Counted from the stretch's first letter, positions 36,640-45,700 are shown. The stretch: 64,000 nt of DNA from an uncultured Gammaproteobacteria bacterium (GCA_964443495.1 CAYUCS010000001.1:341496-405495), one strand, 5' to 3'. The notes: a model not told the origin generated them from the letters alone. Numbers and translations: made by a program.

Positions 36640-39149
36640 ACTACGGACTCGAACAACCGGTGAGCCAGCCGCTGGATCCGACCGCTTTTGTCGATCTGGC
36701 GCTCGTTTATATTTTCGGCGCCCTGGTCGCCTTGTTTTTGCTGCTGGTGATCGCCAAGAAATTGATTACCCACTTCGCCAAAGGCAGCCACTACTTCGAC
36801 CACGTCATCTACCTGGTGCGCTTGTCCAAGGAAAAGCCGACCGACAAGGATAATAACCTGACGGTGCAGCAGCTCCGCGAAGAGATTGCTCGCGGCGAGA
36901 CCTTGTTTTCCTCCATCGGCGGCTTGCGCGCCGAGCGCGGCATCAGGCCGTGGCTTTATGGCCGCCGCGATCATTTTTCCTTCGAGATCGTGGCCAGTAA
37001 GAAAGTGATCGCTTTTTATCTGGTGTCGCCGCGGCCGATGGCCCGCTATCTCGAACAGCAAGTCCAAGCCCACTATCCGGAGGCCGTGGTCGAGGAGGTG
37101 CGCGATTACAATATCTTCACGCCGCAGAGCGTCATCGATTTCGGCTGGCTCAAGACCCGGCGCAGCTTCATCTTCCCGATTCGCACTTACAACAAGATGG
37201 AAACCGATCCGTTGAATTCCATCATCAACGTCTTGTCGAAGCTTGGCGAGAACGAATCTTTGGTCATCCAATACGTCGTGCGCAGCGCCAAAGGGATATG
37301 GCACTCGAAGGCCAGCCGCGTCTTCTCCAAAGTACGGCAGGGAAAGCCGTTGCACGAAGCCCTGAATAGCTCGCCCTGGGCCGAATTTTTCAGCTATTTC
37401 AAAGGCACGAGCCCTGAGGACAAACAGAAGCAGCAACAGCAGCAGACGATGCAGCGCACCAATGCCATGGATGAGGCGATTCTTAAGAATCTGGAAGAGA
37501 AGAATTCCAAGGCCGGCCTCGACGTCAACCTGCGCGTCATCGTCAGCACTGGCAGTGCCGAGCAGTCGCGCGGATACCTGGCTAACATTATCGGCGCTTT
37601 CTCCCAGTACAATCTTTACGAATACGGCAACTCTTTCAATAACAAGGTCAATTCTTTCATCAAAGGCTGGCGGCACAAGAAGTTCATGAAGGATTATATC
37701 TATCGCCGCTTCGACGACAAGCTGAGCTTCCTTTTGAATACCGAGGAGCTGGCCAGCCTGTTCCATCTGCCGCTCCGCTGGACCGAGACGCCGAACATCC
37801 TCTGGCTGACAGCTAAGCACGCCCCGGCTCCGACCGAAATCCCCAACGAAGGCATCATCCTCGGGCGCAATATCTATCGCGGCGTCGTGCGCGACGTGCG
37901 CATCAAGCGTGAGGATCGCCGCCGCCACACCTATATCGTCGGTAAGTCGGGTGTTGGCAAATCGGTGCTCTTGGCCTCGATGGCCATCCAAGACATCCTC
38001 AACGGCGAAGGTGTGGGCGTGATTGATCCGCATGGTGATTTGATCGATGACATCTTGAAGCGGATTCCGCCGGAACGCGCCGAGGATGTCATCCTGTTTT
38101 CGCCGGCCGACATCGAGCGGCCGCTGGCCCTGAACCTGATGGAATTCGACCCGCGTTATCCCGAGCAGAAGTCGTTCGTCATCAATGAGATGATCAAGAT
38201 TTTCGACAAGCTGTATGATCTCAAATCGACCGGCGGTCCGATTTTCGAGCAGTATATGCGCAACGCCATGCTATTGGTCATGGCCGACCCCGAGAGCGGT
38301 TCGACCTTGATGGAAATACCGAAAGTCCTGGCCGATGCGGAATTCCGCAAAATGAAGCTTGCTCGCTGTTCCGACCCGACGGTCGTCGATTTCTGGCGCA
38401 AAGAAGCGGAGAAGGCTGGCGGCGACGCGGCTCTGGCCAATGTCGTGCCCTATATCACCTCCAAGCTCACCTCTTTCATTTCCAATGATATGATGAGGCC
38501 GATCATCGGCCAGCAGAAGAGCTCGTTCAACTTGCGCGACCTGATGGATCGGCAGAAGATCCTCTTGGTCAGCCTGCCCAAGGGCCAGGTCGGCGAGCTT
38601 AACGCCTACCTGCTCGGCATGATCCTGGTGGGCAAGGTCCTGGTCGCCGCGCTGTCCCGCACCGACATGGCGAAAGAGCAGCGCAAGGATTTTTATCTTT
38701 ATATCGACGAGTTCCAGAATTTCACTACCGATTCTATCTGTTCCATCTTGTCCGAGGCCCGCAAATACAACCTGAACCTGGTCATGGCGCACCAATATCT
38801 CGGCCAACTGGTCAAAGGCCAGGACTCTTCGATCAAGAACGCGGTTTTCGGCAACGTCGGCACCTGGGTCTCGTTCAAGGTCGGTTCGGAGGACGCCGAA
38901 GAGCTTTCCAAGGAGTTCGCGCCGGTCTTCAACCAATATGACCTGATAAATGTTGAGAAATATTCCGCCTACATCAAGCTTCTGATCGACAACTCCGCTT
39001 CCAGGGCTTTCTCTATGGCCACGACCTGGCCGTTGCCCGGCCTCAAGCGCGATGACCTGGCAATGAGGATCAAGAGCTTGTCACGCCTGAAGTACGGCCA
39101 GGACCGCAATATTATCGAGGAAGAAATCAGGCGCCGGGTCAATATCTGA
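36636..39149 (+). CDS. VirD4/TraD/TrwB-like coupling-protein-type P-loop ATPase (FtsK/HerA superfamily), membrane anchored
   Basis: N-terminal TM helix; IVGKSGVGKS Walker A; GVIDPHGDL; FYLYIDEFQNF Walker B; ARKYNLNLVMAHQYLGQL. Confidence 0.65.
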   Translation: MNYGLEQPVSQPLDPTAFVDLALVYIFGALVALFLLLVIAKKLITHFAKGSHYFDHVIYLVRLSKEKPTDKDNNLTVQQLREEIARGETLFSSIGGLRAERGIRPWLYGRRDHFSFEIVASKKVIAFYLVSPRPMARYLEQQVQAHYPEAVVEEVRDYNIFTPQSVIDFGWLKTRRSFIFPIRTYNKMETDPLNSIINVLSKLGENESLVIQYVVRSAKGIWHSKASRVFSKVRQGKPLHEALNSSPWAEFFSYFKGTSPEDKQKQQQQQTMQRTNAMDEAILKNLEEKNSKAGLDVNLRVIVSTGSAEQSRGYLANIIGAFSQYNLYEYGNSFNNKVNSFIKGWRHKKFMKDYIYRRFDDKLSFLLNTEELASLFHLPLRWTETPNILWLTAKHAPAPTEIPNEGIILGRNIYRGVVRDVRIKREDRRRHTYIVGKSGVGKSVLLASMAIQDILNGEGVGVIDPHGDLIDDILKRIPPERAEDVILFSPADIERPLALNLMEFDPRYPEQKSFVINEMIKIFDKLYDLKSTGGPIFEQYMRNAMLLVMADPESGSTLMEIPKVLADAEFRKMKLARCSDPTVVDFWRKEAEKAGGDAALANVVPYITSKLTSFISNDMMRPIIGQQKSSFNLRDLMDRQKILLVSLPKGQVGELNAYLLGMILVGKVLVAALSRTDMAKEQRKDFYLYIDEFQNFTTDSICSILSEARKYNLNLVMAHQYLGQLVKGQDSSIKNAVFGNVGTWVSFKVGSEDAEELSKEFAPVFNQYDLINVEKYSAYIKLLIDNSASRAFSMATTWPLPGLKRDDLAMRIKSLSRLKYGQDRNIIEEEIRRRVNI

Positions 39150-39176
39150 CCGCATCTTTGCCCGAAGCTATAAATT

Positions 39177-39185
39177 TGTTATAAT
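39177..39185 (+). promoter_or_regulatory. Extended -10 element TGTTATAAT
   Basis: TGnTATAAT 28 nt upstream of the response-regulator start. Confidence 0.4.
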
Positions 39186-39213
39186 ATAGCAACAAAACTA
39201 AATCGAAAAAAAT

Positions 39214-39660
39214 ATGAAAAGAAGCAAGAAGGTCATTGTCTTGGCTGACGACGACAAATGGCTGGTTGACCTTTACGGCGAAAAATTACGCCTGGAAGGC
39301 TACGAAGTCCACACCGCGCACAACGGTAAAGACGGTTTCGATTTGGTTTTGGAGAGCATGCCCGACCTGGTGCTATCCGACGTAGTCATGGCGGGAGGCG
39401 ATGGTTTTTATCTTTTGAAGAAGATCAAGGGCACCGAACAGACCAAGAATATCCCGGTTATCAGCCTGACCAACCTTTCTAATGAGCAGGACAAAAAGGC
39501 GCTTTACGATATCGGCACGGCCGATTATCTGGTCAAGGCCGATTTTACGCCGAGCCAGGTCGTCGAACGCATCGCCAAGGTGCTGGAAAATGACGGCTCC
39601 CGGTCAGCCAAGCCTGCCGTAACCTTGATGAAGAAGACCAAGATAGCGGCTAAGATCTAG
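39214..39660 (+). CDS. Stand-alone response-regulator receiver domain (CheY-like)
   Basis: LADDD acidic pocket, DLVLSDVVM phospho-acceptor Asp, ISLTN, DYLVKA Lys; no output domain. Confidence 0.8.
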   Translation: MKRSKKVIVLADDDKWLVDLYGEKLRLEGYEVHTAHNGKDGFDLVLESMPDLVLSDVVMAGGDGFYLLKKIKGTEQTKNIPVISLTNLSNEQDKKALYDIGTADYLVKADFTPSQVVERIAKVLENDGSRSAKPAVTLMKKTKIAAKI

Positions 39661-39749
39661 CCGCTTTTATTTTCGGCGGCCATAGCCGAGGTTTACAAAA
39701 AAAATAAAATTCGCTAACATAACAAAACCTAAAAATAAAAGCAAAAACT

Positions 39750-40382
39750 ATGGACATGCAGAATGCTGACGGACAAGAAACCTTGGACGTGACCGAGGAA
39801 CTTACGCAGATGGGCGCAGCGACCCCGGCGCCGGCGGAAGAGAGCCAGCTGACCTTGAATCAGAACAAGGTCGATATCATCCGCAAGCTCCTTTCGAATA
39901 TCAAGGAATCAAGCGAACAGCTTTTGAAGCTCATGGATAACGGGTCGGTTTCCGCTGACCAACTGGATCTTCTGGCTTCGACCATCCGTACCACTACCCA
40001 GGAAGCGGAGGAGGGCAATGTGATCGAGGGCGTCTTCGATGGCGTCAACATGATCGGTCCTGACGGCCATGAGTATCACGTTTCGGCCAATTATGCCTCC
40101 AAGTCCAAATTGGTCGAGGGCGATCGGCTCAAGCTGGTCATCGCCAAGAACGGCGCCTTCCTCTATAAGCAGATCGGCCCGATCGAACGGAGCCGTTTAG
40201 TCGGCCAATTGCGCCGGGTAGGGGAGAATGACTTTTTGGCTGTCGTCGATGGCAAGACCTGGCGTCTGCTCAATGCCAGCATCACCTATTTCAAGGGCGA
40301 TGACGGCGACGAGGTAGTTATCCTGGTGCCGAAAGACGGGGAGTCCCGCTGGGCAGCCGTGGAAAATATCATCAAGAAATAA
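39750..40382 (+). CDS. Hypothetical protein
   Basis: 210 aa; acidic N-terminus and beta-rich C-terminal half; terminator follows. Confidence 0.55.
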   Translation: MDMQNADGQETLDVTEELTQMGAATPAPAEESQLTLNQNKVDIIRKLLSNIKESSEQLLKLMDNGSVSADQLDLLASTIRTTTQEAEEGNVIEGVFDGVNMIGPDGHEYHVSANYASKSKLVEGDRLKLVIAKNGAFLYKQIGPIERSRLVGQLRRVGENDFLAVVDGKTWRLLNASITYFKGDDGDEVVILVPKDGESRWAAVENIIKK

Positions 40383-40412
40383 TTTCAATATAGCTTTCTA
40401 ATATTAGCAAAA

Positions 40413-40435
40413 AGAGCCCCGAAAGGGCTCTTTTT
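40413..40435 (+). terminator. Rho-independent terminator
   Basis: AGAGCCC-CGAAA-GGGCTCT followed by T5. Confidence 0.7.
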
Positions 40436-40446
40436 GCCAGTTCGGC

Positions 40447-40475
40447 TTGATTTGTGGCGGCAATACAGCTAAAAT
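40447..40475 (+). promoter_or_regulatory. Sigma-70-type promoter upstream of dnaX
   Basis: TTGATT (40447-40452), 17-nt spacer, TAAAAT (40470-40475); leaves a ~100-nt structured leader. Confidence 0.5.
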
Positions 40476-40583
40476 ACGGGTATATCGTGAGTGCGCCATG
40501 GGCGCATTTTGTGGTCGGAAAGCATGGATTATTGACCGCAAAATGCCTCCATTTTATTCATCAGACATTTATTTCCATAAAAT

Positions 40584-42197
40584 ATGGCAACCCTATATCG
40601 TAAATACAGGCCGCAGAATTTTGCCGAGGTGGTGGGCCAGAACCATATCAAGGTTATCATGCAACACGAGCTGGTCGCCGACAAGCTCGCCCACGCCTAT
40701 CTTTTTTGCGGTCCGCGTGCCGTCGGCAAGACGACCTTGGCCCGGGTATTGGCCAAGGCGGCCAATTGCCTCAATCGCAAGCCGGAGAGCTATGAGCCGT
40801 GCGGCGTATGCGATGCCTGCGTCGATATCAGCGCCGGGCGTAGCTTCGACGTGATCGAGATCGATGCCGCTAGCCATACCGGCGTCGATAACGTCAGGGA
40901 AAACATCATCGCCAGCGCGCGCGTCGCTCCGTCCAAGCTGAAGCGCAAGGTCTTCATCATCGACGAGGTCCACATGCTTTCGACCGCCGCCTTCAACGCG
41001 CTTCTGAAAACTTTGGAAGAGCCGCCGGAATTCGTGCTGTTCGTGCTGTGCACGACCGAAGTCCACAAGGTTCCGGCCACCATCATCTCGCGCTGCCAGC
41101 GTTTCGATTTCAAGCGCATCAGCCTTAGCGAGGTCGTGCGCAAGCTCACCCATATCGTCAATCAGGAAGACATCAAAGTCGAGAAGAATATTTTGGAATC
41201 GGTCGCCCGCCATGCCGACGGCCACATGCGCGACGCGGAAAGCCTCTTGGGCCAGCTGGTCAATCTGGGCGGCAAGGAAATCTCGCAAGCCGATGCCGAC
41301 CTGGTCATTCCGAGGAGCGACTTGGGCGAGGTGGCCAGCCTGATCGAGATACTGTCCAACAAGGACGCGGCCGCCGGCATCCGCCTGGTCAACAAGCTCT
41401 TGGACGAGGGTGTCGATATCAAGGTATTCATGGGCGATGTCATCGAGATGCTGCGCAAGCTGATGCTCATGAAGATCAATCCGGCCTTGTCCGATTGGCT
41501 CGGACTCGAGCTCGGCGAAGCGCTCGAGATGCGCCTGAGCCAGATCAGCAAGAATCTCTCTCAGGAACAGCTTTTGGCTTTCTTGGAGCAGAGCATCAAG
41601 GCCTCAGGCGAGTTGAAATCGAGCTTCATCGTCCAGCTGCCCCTCGAGCTGATGATCGCCAGGATCTGTACGGCTCCTGCCCAGCCGATGATGGCGCCAG
41701 CGCCCGTGGCTGGCAATGCCGCGCCTGCCGCCAAACCGGCTGCCGCGGCAGCCGCCGTGACTGAGGGTTCGGCGCCCAAGTCTGAAGTTATCAGTTCGGG
41801 CAATTTGGACTATGAATTGATTTTGTCTAAGTGGAACGAGTTCCTGGTCAGGATCAAGACATACAACCATTCATTATCATTCATCCTGAAGGTCTGCCAG
41901 CCGAAGAGCCTGAATGGCAACGAGCTGTGCCTGGCGTTCAAATATAAATTCCACAAGGATCGCATCATGGATCCGACTATCAAGACCTTGTTGGAGCGGG
42001 TATTGAAAGAAACCTATTCGACCAGCCTGACGATCGAGGCGGTCATCGACGAGCAGCTCGAGGTGACTGCCGGTGAGAGCGCGCCGAAGGCCGAAACGCC
42101 CGTCGGCGCTCCGGCAGCCGAAGCCCCGGCCAAGCCGGAAAACGATAAGATGATCGACAACCTGCTCAAGGCCTTCGGCGGCAAGGTCGTCGGCTAA
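40584..42197 (+). CDS. dnaX: DNA polymerase III subunit gamma/tau
   Basis: YRKYRPQNFAEVVGQ, GPRAVGKTT, zinc module CGVCDAC, IIDEVHML, SRCQRF. Confidence 0.95.
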   Translation: MATLYRKYRPQNFAEVVGQNHIKVIMQHELVADKLAHAYLFCGPRAVGKTTLARVLAKAANCLNRKPESYEPCGVCDACVDISAGRSFDVIEIDAASHTGVDNVRENIIASARVAPSKLKRKVFIIDEVHMLSTAAFNALLKTLEEPPEFVLFVLCTTEVHKVPATIISRCQRFDFKRISLSEVVRKLTHIVNQEDIKVEKNILESVARHADGHMRDAESLLGQLVNLGGKEISQADADLVIPRSDLGEVASLIEILSNKDAAAGIRLVNKLLDEGVDIKVFMGDVIEMLRKLMLMKINPALSDWLGLELGEALEMRLSQISKNLSQEQLLAFLEQSIKASGELKSSFIVQLPLELMIARICTAPAQPMMAPAPVAGNAAPAAKPAAAAAAVTEGSAPKSEVISSGNLDYELILSKWNEFLVRIKTYNHSLSFILKVCQPKSLNGNELCLAFKYKFHKDRIMDPTIKTLLERVLKETYSTSLTIEAVIDEQLEVTAGESAPKAETPVGAPAAEAPAKPENDKMIDNLLKAFGGKVVG

Positions 42198-42235
42198 ATC
42201 TGCCTCTCAAGGGGAAGTGATAAATATTTTTGAAT

Positions 42236-43066
42236 ATGAATAATAAAAAAGGAGTTCAGAAGAATCGTAAACCGAAAGTCGCTTTGGTTTTGGGCGGCGG
42301 CGGCGCTCGCGGCATTGCCCACGTCGGCGTCTTGAGGACGCTCGAGGCCGCGGGCATCAAGATTGACGCCATCGTCGGCACTAGCATGGGCGCGCTGGTC
42401 GGCGCCTGCCATCTTCTGGGCCGGCTCGATCTGTTCGAATCCGAGGCTCGCAGCTTGAACAAGCGCAAGGCCATCAAGGAAATCCTTGATTTGACAGTCC
42501 CCAAATATTCGCTGCTTAAGGGCAAGAAGGCTCATCGCTATATCGAGAAATTGGTCGGGCGCAACAATTTCAACCATCTGAACGCTCCGTTGTGGGTGAT
42601 TGCTACCAACCTGGCCGACGGCCAGCCAGTCATCGTCAATAAAGGTAGCTTGGCCAACGCGATCCAAGCCAGCATCGCCGTGCCTGGCGTCTTTCCGCCG
42701 GTGAAGCTGGGTGATGACTATTTGGTCGATGGCGGCGTAGCCAGCCCGACCCCGATCGCCGAGGCTTTGGCCTGGGGCGCCGATATCGTCATTGCCGTGG
42801 ATTTGGTTTTGAAGCGGGGAAGCAAGCTGAGGGAAAAGCCGGACTTGTTGTTTACCTTGATGCAGTCCTATGAAACCATCCGTAACAAGTCGGTTTGGGA
42901 CGGGCAGACCGAGCATCAACGGGTCATCACCATCAGGCCTGACCTGAATGGCAACGGATTGGTCTCAAGCTTCAAGTTTTTTAAGGTAGATGATTTCATT
43001 ACTGCCGGAACCAAGGCGGCAATCGGGGCATTACCGGAAATCAGGGAAGCGATTGACAGTTTCTAG
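42236..43066 (+). CDS. Patatin-like phospholipase
   Basis: LVLGGGGARG oxyanion motif, GTSMG nucleophile elbow, DGG near the C-terminus; ATG at 42236 (the ORF opens at a TTG at 42230). Confidence 0.85.
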   Translation: MNNKKGVQKNRKPKVALVLGGGGARGIAHVGVLRTLEAAGIKIDAIVGTSMGALVGACHLLGRLDLFESEARSLNKRKAIKEILDLTVPKYSLLKGKKAHRYIEKLVGRNNFNHLNAPLWVIATNLADGQPVIVNKGSLANAIQASIAVPGVFPPVKLGDDYLVDGGVASPTPIAEALAWGADIVIAVDLVLKRGSKLREKPDLLFTLMQSYETIRNKSVWDGQTEHQRVITIRPDLNGNGLVSSFKFFKVDDFITAGTKAAIGALPEIREAIDSF

Positions 43067-43148
43067 ATATTGGGTTACAATAGCAAACGAGGCTTCAAGG
43101 CCTTATTTGTATTAAGGCTGGTCTATTTGAGGCCGCAAAATATAATAT

Positions 43149-43219
43149 TCGGGGATCGTCTAATGGTAGGACAGCGGGTTCTGGTCCCGTCAATTGGGGT
43201 TCGAGTCCCTATCCCCGAG
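43149..43219 (+). tRNA. tRNA-Gln(CUG): tRNA-Gln (anticodon CUG)
   Basis: TCGGGGA/TCCCCGA acceptor (U1-A72), GCGGG-TTCTGGT-CCCGT anticodon arm, TGGGG-TTCGAGT-CCCTA T arm. Confidence 0.85.
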
Positions 43220-43227
43220 CAAATAAA
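43203..43227 (+). repeat. Direct repeat copy 1 (tRNA-Gln 3' end plus 8 nt)
   Basis: GAGTCCCTATCCCCGAGCAAATAAA, identical to 43319-43343. Confidence 0.9.
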
Positions 43228-43299
43228 ATCAGTCCCTTTTGGGGCTGATTTTATTTTGTTTGTGGGATAGGGCCGAAAGAAAGTCAATGCGTGAGGCGT

Positions 43300-43343
43300 G
43301 GGGCTTCCGCCCCGGTGAGAGTCCCTATCCCCGAGCAAATAAA
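43300..43343 (+). repeat. GGGGCTTCCGCCCC hairpin plus direct repeat copy 2 (tRNA-Gln 3'-end fragment, att-like)
   Basis: Hairpin at 43300-43313, then GGTGA, then an exact 25-nt copy of the tRNA-Gln 3' end at 43319-43343. Confidence 0.85.
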
Positions 43344-43385
43344 TAAAGAGCACCTCCTCAAGAGGCGCTCTTTATTTATTTTTTT

Positions 43386-43425
43386 AGGAATGGGACTCGA
43401 ACCCGCCTACCGGCAGGCAGGCGGG
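43386..43425 (-). other. Third tRNA 3'-half-like fragment (different tRNA) behind a GC hairpin, inverted orientation
   Basis: Minus strand reads CCCGCCT-loop-AGGCGGG then TTCGAGTCCCATTCCT; no matching 5' acceptor strand upstream. Confidence 0.6.
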
Positions 43426-43501
43426 CAGCAGTGAAAAAAATTTGCACAGCACACTTTATTTATTAAAAAGAAACCCGCGCTTGGCTGGCGCGGGGCTGAA
43501 T

Positions 43502-43948
43502 TTATGGGGCGATAGAGAAAAGTTCGGCTGGCGCGTCGGCAATAACGCATTGGGCGATACCCGACCAGCCACCCCTGGCTTCGTATTCACCAATCCAGAT
43601 CTCACCTTTGCGCTCGAAAGAAAATCGAATTTCGTTAGACTTGGCTATCGTTTCATAGACAGACGAATCCAGTGCTTTCGAATACATTTTTTTGAAATAT
43701 AGCTCATCTGGCAAAAGCCTGATGTTGGACAAGATCGACAAGCCAAGGCGGTCAATCATGTATCCAGGCACCTCAAGCTCATCAAGTTGCTCGGGCGGTT
43801 CCGTTGAAATTATACCGGAAAACATGATTCTACAGTAATCTTTCTTTATGAGCATCGCGGGTGTGGAAGCAATGCCCAGGCTGTGGCGTTGATCGTCGGT
43901 GAAATCGGTTGATTTTTGAAAAAAGAACCCTTGGATGATTTTTTTCAT
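43502..43948 (-). CDS. Hypothetical protein (148 aa)
   Basis: GGAGGTG Shine-Dalgarno upstream of the ATG; no domain recognised. Confidence 0.5.
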   Translation of the reverse strand: MKKIIQGFFFQKSTDFTDDQRHSLGIASTPAMLIKKDYCRIMFSGIISTEPPEQLDELEVPGYMIDRLGLSILSNIRLLPDELYFKKMYSKALDSSVYETIAKSNEIRFSFERKGEIWIGEYEARGGWSGIAQCVIADAPAELFSIAP

Positions 43949-44138
43949 CTTTGCACCTCCGTTGTTGTATTCAAGATTTATTCAGATGTTAGTCAATTTT
44001 TATATTTATGTCAATTTACTTAACTAATTTATTGTGCTGGCCGAGGAGCGTGAATATGATTGACTGCGGGAGTAAAATATGTTTGAATATGTAATCTGCT
44101 CATTTCATTAAAAATAAACCAACTCAGGAGGTGGAAGG

Positions 44139-45329
44139 ATGAAAATAGATACTTCGAGACGGCTTGAACAGGCTTTGGCGCTTTGGGAGAACTTGAATTA
44201 CTACTATCGTGTCGTGGCCGAAAGGTGCATCGCGGTCAAGCAGAGCCATCGTTTCCCGATGGAAGAGATGTACAAGAACAGCGATAAGCTGAGAAAAGTC
44301 TTGCTCGGAAGCTATTCCTCGAATCCGTCTGATCGTTTCGACTTTTCGGATTTTAGCGGAAGCACGGAAAAGAGCATGCACCTTTTCGGGAATCTCGGAC
44401 TTTTGCCGCTGTATCTGCATCACTGGACGGTCTCATCGAGGCGCGTCTATCATCTGTCACAGAATCTCCAAACCCTGCTTCGATGGACATCGCTTGATAA
44501 TGTGCGTTGGAGCGATATCGAGTGGCCGTTCAACTCCTTTGTCGTCTCTCTTGAGACGCCCATCGTTGACACCAATGGCGATAAATTCGATTGCATGCTG
44601 TTCACAAAAATTGATGCGATCGACGAAGGAGTTGTCAGGATGTCGGACATCTCGATCACTCTTTTTTCTTCGAGATTAGAGGGTCTTGAAACTTTCACCA
44701 GTGTCCAGCGGCAGAATCTGCAGCGGGCGTATAACGAGTGCAAGGCAAAAAAGGTCAAGAAGATGATGAGCGTCATTGACAGTCTTCAGCCCGGGCCGCA
44801 TGCGACTCGACCGGTAAGGATGTATTACTTCGACGCCATGAAAAATCGCGATATGCTCGTATCCGAAAGTGCCGAAGTGCTTAATGAGCGGCTCGTAAAA
44901 GAGCACCAGCTTGGCAGCTATGACGTTTTCGATGCTGCCCTTAACATCGTTGCCGGTCTGGCCCTTTATCTTGGCTCGCAGGATGCGGACAGCGAAGAGC
45001 GGACCGAGTGGCGCCGTGCCTCTGTTCCTGGCGAACGGAATCATCGGCACATCAACAACACTGCCCAGGTCTGCGAAGTCTTTTGCACGAAAAGCCTTAC
45101 CATCAGGGATCAGGAGTTTATCTCGGCAATCAATCGCCAGTTGGAGATAAGCGGACGCATGGGCATGCCGGTGCATTGGCGGTGCGGCTATTGGAGACGG
45201 CCGCCAGGAATGGGTTGCATTCCGATGGCCAAAAGATCGGTCCGCGTCAGCCCGAGCCTGGTCAACTCCGATCTCATTGATGAGTTTACGGACAAGGGCT
45301 TGCCGGTCGGCTCATGCCACAGGATTTGA
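44139..45329 (+). CDS. Hypothetical protein (396 aa), first gene of an orphan operon
   Basis: CAGGAGGTGGAAGG Shine-Dalgarno; basic C-terminal block PVHWRCGYWRRPPGMG; no domain recognised. Confidence 0.6.
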   Translation: MKIDTSRRLEQALALWENLNYYYRVVAERCIAVKQSHRFPMEEMYKNSDKLRKVLLGSYSSNPSDRFDFSDFSGSTEKSMHLFGNLGLLPLYLHHWTVSSRRVYHLSQNLQTLLRWTSLDNVRWSDIEWPFNSFVVSLETPIVDTNGDKFDCMLFTKIDAIDEGVVRMSDISITLFSSRLEGLETFTSVQRQNLQRAYNECKAKKVKKMMSVIDSLQPGPHATRPVRMYYFDAMKNRDMLVSESAEVLNERLVKEHQLGSYDVFDAALNIVAGLALYLGSQDADSEERTEWRRASVPGERNHRHINNTAQVCEVFCTKSLTIRDQEFISAINRQLEISGRMGMPVHWRCGYWRRPPGMGCIPMAKRSVRVSPSLVNSDLIDEFTDKGLPVGSCHRI

Positions 45330-45370
45330 GCGTGCTCCACGCAAGCCAACGCACAAAGGAGGTAGTTAAG

Positions 45371-45637
45371 ATGGAACAGCCATTCAATTTGACGTCGTCT
45401 GAATTCAGCCCCGCTGGCAAGGTGGTTGGCCACCTGTATTATCACGGCATCCTGAAATGCTTGCTGCACGATGATGAATATTCCGGTTCGCCTAGCGAGG
45501 GCGGTTCGCATTTCCTGCGCCTACACGTCAGCCGAGCGGACCTGGAAGCTTTTCTCGACCTCATCGAGGAATATTATGCGGCCGCTGGCGAACGTTTTGC
45601 CGGCGGCGTAGCTGCCTTGCGCCAGAAAGTCGCGTGA
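45371..45637 (+). CDS. Hypothetical protein (88 aa)
   Basis: AAAGGAGGTAG Shine-Dalgarno 7 nt before the ATG at 45371. Confidence 0.55.
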   Translation: MEQPFNLTSSEFSPAGKVVGHLYYHGILKCLLHDDEYSGSPSEGGSHFLRLHVSRADLEAFLDLIEEYYAAAGERFAGGVAALRQKVA

Positions 45638-45700
45638 TATCCGTTCACGTCAAATAAACGCCCCCCGATTATTGAATCGGGGGCAAGGAGGAGGCAGGAC

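Noticed and set aside
36624-38033. 469-aa minus-strand ORF antisense to the T4CP-like gene. Similar long antisense ORFs occur elsewhere, e.g. 61366-62283, 62305-63009, 42194-42919, 16717-17541, 38271-38936, 40593-41288, 18511-19242, 58910-59665, 727-1422 and 1935-2699.
   Set aside because: These are shadow ORFs. They lie exactly opposite well-supported genes and have R/G/A/L/D-rich low-information sequences, no Shine-Dalgarno sequence and no recognisable motifs. They are explained by the rarity of TTA/CTA/TCA codons in the sense genes.
40476-40560. Expected ffs (SRP RNA) gene upstream of dnaX
   Set aside because: The sequence GUGGUCGGAAAGCAUGG lacks the C-GGAA-G closing pair and the GGAAGCAGC consensus, so it cannot be called SRP RNA by eye. 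It needs an Infernal scan.
43386-43460. A complete minus-strand tRNA gene
   Set aside because: Only a T-loop/3'-side-like segment (GCGGG-TTCGAGT-CCCATTCCT) is present. There is no complementary 5' acceptor strand, D arm or anticodon arm upstream.
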